From Octopus bimaculoides (lineage: Eukaryota): a stretch of DNA of 54,326 bases. This document shows, piece after piece, positions 49,360 through 54,326 of the stretch. The position numbers were made by a program, and so were the translations under genes. Each line of letters begins with the position of its first letter. Positions within the stretch are counted from its first letter, which is position 1. The notes beneath the pieces were generated by a model that was not told the origin of the DNA, ran no database searches, and worked only from the letters and a program-made list of their open reading frames with translations. Location: the NCBI RefSeq assembly GCF_001194135.2, contig NC_069000.1, positions 29,691,043 through 29,745,368 on the forward strand. Reading direction: 5' to 3'.

Positions 49360-49631
49360 AAAATTAACAGAGATCACAAAAGTGACAGAGGGTACGGATT
49401 AGCACCACTTATGCTAAAATAAGAGTTAAATTAACTCCTGCTTGTGAGAATTAAGGTGGGCTACACCAAAATTCGAAATCACTATATGGCGATATACGCT
49501 AGGGACTTACTTCCCTTTGGCAGTCATTAAGTATAGTGCTTTAGTGGCTTTGGAGTTAATTTAACTCTTATTTTTAGCATAAGCGGTGCTAGTCAGCACC
49601 CTCCATCACTTTTGTAACCTCTATTGATTTT
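49360..49631. repeat. Inverted repeat with ~80-bp arms and a ~113-bp spacer, next to (TA)n
   Basis: 49360-49438 (...gattagcaccacttatgctaaaataagagttaaattaactcc) pairs with 49552-49631 (ggagttaatttaactcttatttttagcataagcggtgctagtc...). Confidence 0.85.
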
Positions 49632-49756
49632 TTCTTTAGGATCTAATAAGCCACCCTTTTAATTTGTTATATATATATATATGTGTGTGTGTGTGTGACT
49701 GTGTATGTGTGTGGCTGTGTGGTTCAGTTTTTAGCAGAAAATATTATTTTCTATTG

Positions 49757-50135
49757 TCATCATTTTTTAACATCTGTTCTCTATACTGGCATGTGTTGGA
49801 CAGTTTGACAGAAGTCAAGCCAACTGGAGAGCTGAGGCTCCATTTGTCTGTTTTGGCATGGTTTCTACATCTGGATGACCTTCCTAATGCCAACCACTTT
49901 ACAGTATACTGGATGCTTTTACATGACACCTGCTCAGGCGCTTTTACATGACACTAACACAGTCACTTTAATGTGACACCCACAGAACCTGTATGGGCGC
50001 TTCTAAGTGACACTGGGGTAGGTGCTTTTATGTGGCACTGGCAGGGGCACTTTTACCTGGCACTTGAATGAGTACTTTCACGTGGCACCAACACCCATGA
50101 GCCTGCAAGACTAGGATCTCTCAACTGAGAGAGAG
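49757..50135 (-). mobile_element. RTE-LINE 3' fragment
   Basis: tcatcattttttaacatctg...ctggatgaccttcctaatgccaaccac...ggatctctcaactgag, the same family as 22.5 and 44.4 kb. Confidence 0.65.
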
Positions 50136-50574
50136 ATGTAGAAGACATGCCAGTATACAATGAAAATTTACAAACCACATGAAATTCCTACATGTATGTT
50201 AATGAACCATTGCACATGTTCCCCCAGTCACTTATATGCATGTGTAGTCTAGTCAATGTTTTGTTGTTCAAATTTCAGCTCATTTACTGAATTTAATTTT
50301 CTTCAGAAAAACTATTCACTATACAACTTGTTCATTTAGCATAATGTTTGTATATGCTCTCCCAAAACTTATATGTGAACGTAGTCCATTTGTGGTTTGT
50401 TCTTCAAATTTCAGATCATTAAATGAATGGACTTATATGCATGTATAGATCAATTTTCAGCAAGTTTAATTTTCTTCAGACAAACCATTCTTTATTCTCC
50501 TTTATTCAATTTCTTCATTTCAAGATCTGTTGATATATAGGCACCCCATTGTACATATAATATTTCATTTGTTT

Positions 50575-50789
50575 AAGACAGCAAGCTGGCAGAATTGTTA
50601 GTATGCCAGGCGAAATGCTTAGCAGTATTTCATCTGTCTTTACGTTCTGAGTTCAAATTCTGCCGGGGTCAACTTTGCCTTTCATTCATTCGGGGTCAAT
50701 AAATTAAGTACCAGTTGCATACTGGGTCGATTTAATAGACTGGCTTCCCTCCCTAAGAAATTTTGGGCCTTGTAGCTAGAGTAGAAAAG
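50575..50789 (+). mobile_element. tRNA-derived SINE family B with a 16-bp target-site duplication
   Basis: AATATTTCATTTGTTT at 50559-50574 and 50790-50805 flanks gcaagctggcagaattgttag...gagttcaaattctgcc...gagtagaaaag. Confidence 0.88.
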
Positions 50790-51083
50790 AATATTTCATT
50801 TGTTTGTATGTATGCGGCTGTACATTTTCCAATTAACACTTTCATAATTTAAGATTGTGATTTGTAAACATTTAGGCTGCTTCTGCTTTTGTAGGTAGTC
50901 AAGAAGGCTCAGTTCAGAATGCATTTGACTGAAGATCAAATGGTTCCTGGTGCAATCCTAGGTTTTATCATGTTGTTCAAATTTTTTGTTCTTTAAAATT
51001 GTTACTAATCAGAGTTGTAACATTTTGGCAGCTATCCTAGAGAGGGGAAATCTTAAATGAAGTTGAATAAGATTTGAAAATTT

Positions 51084-52034
51084 GGATCGGTTCAATTTCA
51101 CTCACAGATTTTAAAATTATTTTTATTTAACTAAACAGTTTGAAACTTCATATACTGGTGTAATTTCTCATGCTGAACACATTTTACTTTCAATATCTTT
51201 GACAAAATTTCATATTTTTGAAGTTATTTCATGTTAAAGTTGTCCTATTTGGGTAATTTTAACCAATCAACGATGTGTATTCAGTTGAAGAAAACTACTG
51301 CTGTTTGTGATAGTAATTGAAGAGGAACTACTTGTAGGTCATCTCTACTAAATTTCACCACTCTGTTCTGTCTTATTTTTGTTTACTGCTTGTGTTGCAT
51401 ATTACACACTTTTTTTTGGTTCTTGCATCAGAGTAACCAGTAAACATCAAAGAATCAACACCAAGAAGGAAGAAATATTATTTGCGTATATTTATTTGTT
51501 TGTCTGACATGTAATTAGAGATACAGCAGTAATTGTAGTGGCAGTAACAAGTTCGCTCACTGGTTGGTAGTTGATAGTATAGAAGTGGCTGTCTGCCAGT
51601 AGAGAGGGAAAGAGTAAGGAATGCATGGTGCTGACTAGAAAGGAAGAAAGCATAAAGGTGGCATTGCCTTTCTTGTAGCTGAAAACTTCTCTTTGGTGTC
51701 AACCATGAGCAAGGAGCCACACTTTCTCTTTGCCCTTCGCTCGACATATGACTAGAACAGAGTAGTGACATTTAGTAGAGATGACCCAGAAGTTGTTCCT
51801 CTTTGATTACTATCACAAACAGCAGTAGCTTTCTTCAACTAAATACACATTGTTGATTAGTTAAACTTACCCAAATACAATTTTAAAACGAAATAACTTC
51901 CAAAATACGAAATTTTATCAAAGATGTGGAAAGTAAACCGTGTTCAGCATGAGAAATTACACCAGTATACGAAGTTTCAAACTGTTTAGTTAAAAAAATA
52001 ATTTTAAAATCTGTGAGCGAAACTGAACAGATCC
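51084..52034. mobile_element. Fold-back DNA-transposon-like element: ~280-bp inverted arms and a 386-bp spacer
   Basis: 51084-51368 is reverse-complementary to 51755-52034 (e.g. aactaaacagtttgaaacttcatatactggtgtaatttctcatgctgaacac vs gtgttcagcatgagaaattacaccagtatacgaagtttcaaactgtttagtt). True termini and TSD not identified. Confidence 0.8.
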
Positions 52035-52115
52035 GTAAATTTTATATTCTATGTTTTTGGTCATTTTAGAATTTTAATTTTCTAGTTATAATCTGATTCT
52101 AGTTTCAGCCCAAGA

Positions 52116-52156
52116 GTGGTGCCCCAGCATGGCTTGCAGCTATGCTGGGGCACCAC
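52116..52156. repeat. Perfect 15-bp GC-rich hairpin derived from a SINE-A 3' fragment
   Basis: GTGGTGCCCCAGCAT-ggcttgcagct-ATGCTGGGGCACCAC; the left arm matches the SINE-A motif ggtgc(t/c)ccagcatggc. Confidence 0.85.
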
Positions 52157-52295
52157 CATTATTTATGTTTGTGAGATGGTTATGTCTGTAGGGAACTTTG
52201 TGCAATGCTTTGCATGAGGCATATAAAACTGCTAAGATGGCACTACTTGTATCATTTTTTATATTGCTACTTTCATTAATACTAGCAGTCCTTAT

Positions 52296-52686
52296 GGTAT
52301 GGCTGTGTGGTAAGAAGTTTACTTCACAACCACATGGTCCCAAGTTCAGTCCCACTGCAGGGCACTTTGGGCAAGTGTTTTCTACTCTAGCCTCAGGTTG
52401 ACCAAAGCCTTGCGTGGATTTGGTAGATGGAAACTGAAAGAAGCCTGTCATATGTGTGCGTGTATTCACACGCGCGCGTTCATCTCCCACCACCAACTGA
52501 CAATTGGTGTGTTTACATCCCTGTAACTTAGTGATTCAGCAAAAGTAACCAATAGAATAAGTAGCTGGCTTAAAAAGAAAATAAATACTAGGATCGATTA
52601 GTTGGACTAAAGTTCCTCAAGGCAGTGCCCCAGCATGGCCGCAGTCTAATGGCTGAAACAAGTAAAAGATAAAAGATAAAAGATAA
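52296..52686 (+). mobile_element. tRNA-derived SINE family A, CpG-decayed
   Basis: ggctgtgtggtaagaagtttacttcacaaccacatgg...tagatggaaactgaaagaagcc...gaaacaagtaaaagataaaagataaaagataa. Confidence 0.85.
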
Positions 52687-53564
52687 ACTCGACAGTTACT
52701 TCGAAAATTATAAAATTGGGCCATCATTCTAGTTAGAGCTTCAGTTTCACTTTTGTCAATCAAAATTGTGTCTCTCAGGACACATGTCTGAATTAGTTTT
52801 ATGGGAGGGGATCATTTTGTTAATGAAGTTCTCTTGCAATGAAGATGTATTGTTGTTAAGAGTTTGTTTTAGAAATCCTTTGATATAGCAACTTTTAAGT
52901 GAAACATCAATGAAATTGAATCCAACATTAATGGTTAATGTACAAAAAATAAATTGGTTGTCCTGATTTATAATAAATGTCTTGTTTTCTCTGATACTAT
53001 TTTAATAGATTTTAACTAAATGATGCTATTGAAAAATAAAGAGAAGTCTATAATAATACCTACTTTTGTGAGGTAATTTATTTGTCTCAATCATTCAGGT
53101 TAACCAAGTTAAGTTTCATTCATTCCCCATTATTGTCGGTTTCAATTTCATTGTTATTTCACTTTTTATTTTGTACTTTTAGTTGTTTCTATTAATATTT
53201 TTTTTTATATATTAGAATTTGTTGTTCATTTCTTAAAAGAATTGTTTCTGTCATTAATTTTTTTATTGTATTACAATTGTTGTTTAAAATGAAATATAAA
53301 TTTGTCTGATGTTGTTTACTACACCAATTCCATTATCACTGATGTCAATGATTTAGTATCTATCAACATTGCTGGTGCTATTCTGCAACTTCAACTTTTA
53401 ATTTCATTTTCTAGTCGTCTATAACCACCAGTTTTCAGCTATCTCTGTATTCAGATTACAACTTTCAATATCGGTTTAGATCAGTTGTGTATTGCCTTAA
53501 AAAATGCAGGGTAGCCTACCAATCAGTGCAAAAGTTCAAAGTCATAGTCAACTTATGTAGTTTA

Positions 53565-53566
<2 letters not shown>

Positions 53567-53609
<43 letters not shown>

Positions 53610-53880
53610 AATCACCACCACCATTATCACCACCACCACCACCACCACCATCATCATCTCATCATCATAATTAAATGTCCAGTTTCCATACTTGCATGGG
53701 TTGGATAGCTTGATAGGAACTGATAAGGCCAGGAGCTGCATTAGGTTCCATAGTCTGTTTTGGCTTGGTTTCCACAGCTGGATGCCCTTCTTAATGCCAT
53801 CCAGTTTGCAGTGTGTATTTGGTGCTTTTTATGAGGCACCATCACCAGTGTTTTTTTATGTGACACCAGCACCTACACAA
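53567..53880 (-). mobile_element. Expanded (CAT)n/(CAC)n tail (about 53567-53668) plus an RTE-LINE 3' fragment
   Basis: A trinucleotide tract followed by gtttccatacttgcatgggttgga...cagctggatgcccttcttaatgcc, the family seen elsewhere in the window. Confidence 0.75.
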
Positions 53881-54326
53881 ATGCATTTATAGTAACGCCG
53901 TGCGCATGCGTAGTCTCACGCATGCATGGAATTAAACAAGCATGCGTTCCCGCTCAATTCATTCTCTTTCTTGCTGGCCAGCAATAGAGCATGGACGTGT
54001 CTCCAACATTCCAACCTGGAGACAGTCTCTTTACGTGTATAGCTGTCACTCTCCATCTTTCGGACTTACACTCGACAGCTCGCTTACATCTACATAACAA
54101 CGTCCCAACAACTATGCTCACACAATTAGAAGCTGTAACAACAAGAGCTAAAGATGTATATATTTACCACCTGAATAAATGTTGTTTAAGTTGATAGTCT
54201 GGAGTTCAGCGTTCCGTTATATTTACTAATTTTATATAGGAAAGTCAGGTATACATCTAATGATGTATAACCAACTTTCCTATACATTTTATGTGGCACC
54301 TTGGTTTTAGGATCTCAATTCTATTG

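Noticed and set aside
53487-53708. Poly-histidine ORF
   Set aside because: Translation of the (CAT)n/(CAC)n tail of an RTE fragment.

Overview
Eukaryotic (metazoan) genomic DNA: AT-rich, dense in microsatellites, with eight N-gaps. The repeat families I recognise suggest an octopus or other coleoid cephalopod; this is an inference, not verified. All coordinates and alignments were read by eye. Well-supported genes: (1) a minus-strand hnRNP A1/A2-family gene with two coding exons (31396-31599 and 21521-22318; 333 aa; 2 RRMs plus a Gly-rich tail), a ~9.1-kb intron, and a GTGAGT splice donor directly after the stop codon; (2) an intact tRNA-Val(CAC) at 10009-10081. The rest is mostly mobile DNA: several tRNA-derived SINE families, RTE-LINE 3' fragments, Kolobok-like and piggyBac-like TTAA MITEs, Helitron-like ends, and a 5'-truncated Penelope-like element (RT plus C-terminal GIY-YIG). 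About 1.3 kb downstream of that element is a recognisable hammerhead ribozyme with a mutated catalytic G12. The best leads are this hammerhead, a non-canonical hammerhead-like motif with compensatory base changes in two distant repeat copies, possible 3'-UTR splicing or NMD control of the hnRNP gene, a cluster of fold-back elements at 48.3-52.2 kb, and an orphan 150-nt plus-strand exon candidate. I found no prokaryotic-type system or CRISPR array and cannot claim a confirmed new system.
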